Positions 62,467 through 64,000 of a stretch of DNA of 64,000 nt are shown here, in pieces. Below the pieces are notes generated by a model, which did not search any database, had not been told where the DNA came from, and saw only the letters and a list, made by a program, of their open reading frames with translations. Every line of letters begins with the position of its first letter. Positions within the stretch are counted from its first letter, which is position 1. Source of the stretch: Lingula anatina (lineage: Eukaryota > Animalia > Brachiopoda); contig CM120644.1 in assembly GCA_051362555.1 (NCBI GenBank), forward strand, positions 23,706,534-23,770,533. Reading direction: 5' to 3'. Position numbers and translations under genes: made by a program.

Positions 62467-62799
62467 ATGAAGTTAATGACTAAACTCGGACACCTCTTCG
62501 TGTTGTTTACAATTATAGGACAATCCAACCAAGAAAAGCGGTGCAACAAATGTGTCACCTTCACAAAACAACCCAAGAAAATATGTCCACGAAATCAGGG
62601 TACTTATGATCACGAGCCTTCTGTGCACTTTGCCGACATTGAGGCAGGTTGCATATTATGCTGCGTTAAAGAGTGCATTAATTTCCCCGACTGCGTCTCT
62701 GTAGCCTTTGACGAGACAACAGGCAAGTGTGAGATGTCGTCTCAGATGCTCGATAAAAACTCAGCAACGATGGGAGAAACCTGCGTCTACTACACATCG
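62467..62799 (+). CDS. First exon (signal peptide + PAN/apple domain) of the tandem paralogue of 42746
   Basis: 111 codons, all 10 Cys conserved, donor TCG|GTAAGA. Downstream exons are not in the window. Confidence 0.8.
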
Positions 62800-64000
62800 G
62801 TAAGAACATATTTCTCTTTTCTATTATTTTCATTACACTGTGTTTTAAAAAAAGAGTGAGAGAGGGAGATAATTTTTATCTACAAATCGTTTAAAAAACA
62901 CGTCTTAGTTACAAAGAAGGGATAGCGATACCACAAACGAAATGATATAGACAGAAAAAAAGAGTTGTTAATTAAATATTGTTTGGGTTGGCATGCTGGA
63001 TAGTTCAGTGGTCCATTTAATTCCAGCATCTAACTTTTTTTATTGCAAAGATGGTTTTAGCTGGGATCTAGGCTGGGATCATCAAACTTTATTTCAAATA
63101 CAAATAAATAGTCAAATAATAGGCGTCCCATACATGGGAGGACGGGCAGACATGTACATGTAGGTAAAAAGAAACGTTTTCCGTATAAAGCAAGTCTTTC
63201 CAATTTACATTTTAAAAGAAAATGAAATGTTATAAATTGATTTTTTTCTTTTCCCCATGGACAGGAAATCAAGTTATTTAAGTGATAACTATTATAATTT
63301 CCTAAAATATTTATGGAAGTATAAGAATGAAGAAAATGCTTAGAATGCCTTTTTTTACTGAATAAAAGTGATATGAAAGAGCAAGGGAGGTTAATTAAAA
63401 AACACAAACTCAAATAAAAATTGAAAGTTTATTGGTCTCTATCTGATTACAGTTTATCACATGTATAAAACTTAAAAAGAACACAGAGACACTCTATGTC
63501 TATAAGCATAGTCTATAAGCAATATCATTCTGGTATATACTCCTTGAACTACTGAACACTGTGCTCCAGAATTATTTTTTCTTTTGACTAAAGTTATGAA
63601 GGACGTAAGATATGGCGGTATCGGCCACATGTCAAATTTCCGTTGTAGTCATCTCAGTGAAGTAAATCAGGTTGATTCATTACACAGACAATCATGCAGA
63701 CATGACATTAAGTATGGAATATTTTTTTCCAAATCATTTTTTATCAGGTTTTTCTTTTTTGCTGACTGATAAATGGAAAAATAAGGGTTAAAATCGTGGT
63801 TTAATAGCGGTTAATCATCTCTTTGATGTCATTGTGACATCAGTTCATTGATTGAATTCGCCAGCGATGCACACACAAAATACATTGCCTATTCCATGCC
63901 ATACGACAACCATTTAAAACTATTTGGATAACCATATTTTCCTAATTATCTGCTGTAAAAGAGTTACACGCCTCACAAAGGAGTCTCATGTCAGTGTCTA

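Larger units (their letters stand above)
58670..63420 (+). repeat. Segmental duplication of about 34895-43700
   Basis: Colinear similarity from gataattgacttct through the upstream region, the PAN exon and the start of intron 1, with differential insertions. Confidence 0.9.

Overview
AT-rich, intron-containing animal genomic DNA. An invertebrate, possibly a mollusc, is inferred from the repeat landscape only. It is not prokaryotic: no CRISPR array, rRNA or tRNA was found. Host genes: (1) the first coding exon of ANKAR on the minus strand, head-to-head with (2) an 8-exon stand-alone sugar-phosphate nucleotidyltransferase present as two intact tandem copies (7305-11487, 25756-29222); (3) a 209-aa secreted proprotein with a RARR site, two EF-hands and a Cys-rich tail (minus strand, 30020-33974), plus a dead copy of its last exon; (4) a 350-aa secreted PAN/apple + mucin repeat + UMOD/GP2-type D8C protein with no ZP module (42746-50876), plus the first exon of a tandem paralogue (62467). 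Two local segmental duplications give empty sites for several insertions. Transposon content is rich: a CR1-clade LINE with an unbroken ORF2, an ISL2EU-like relic (SAP, YqaJ, THAP), CCCAG-terminal elements, a Tc1 relic and several MITE families. The most striking structure is a four-level nest (L2 LINE > Sola-like > RecQ-helicase-carrying element with an 8-bp TSD > Harbinger), in which the three inner elements have readable TIRs and TSDs. All exon models, coordinates and family calls were made by eye; no database search was run.
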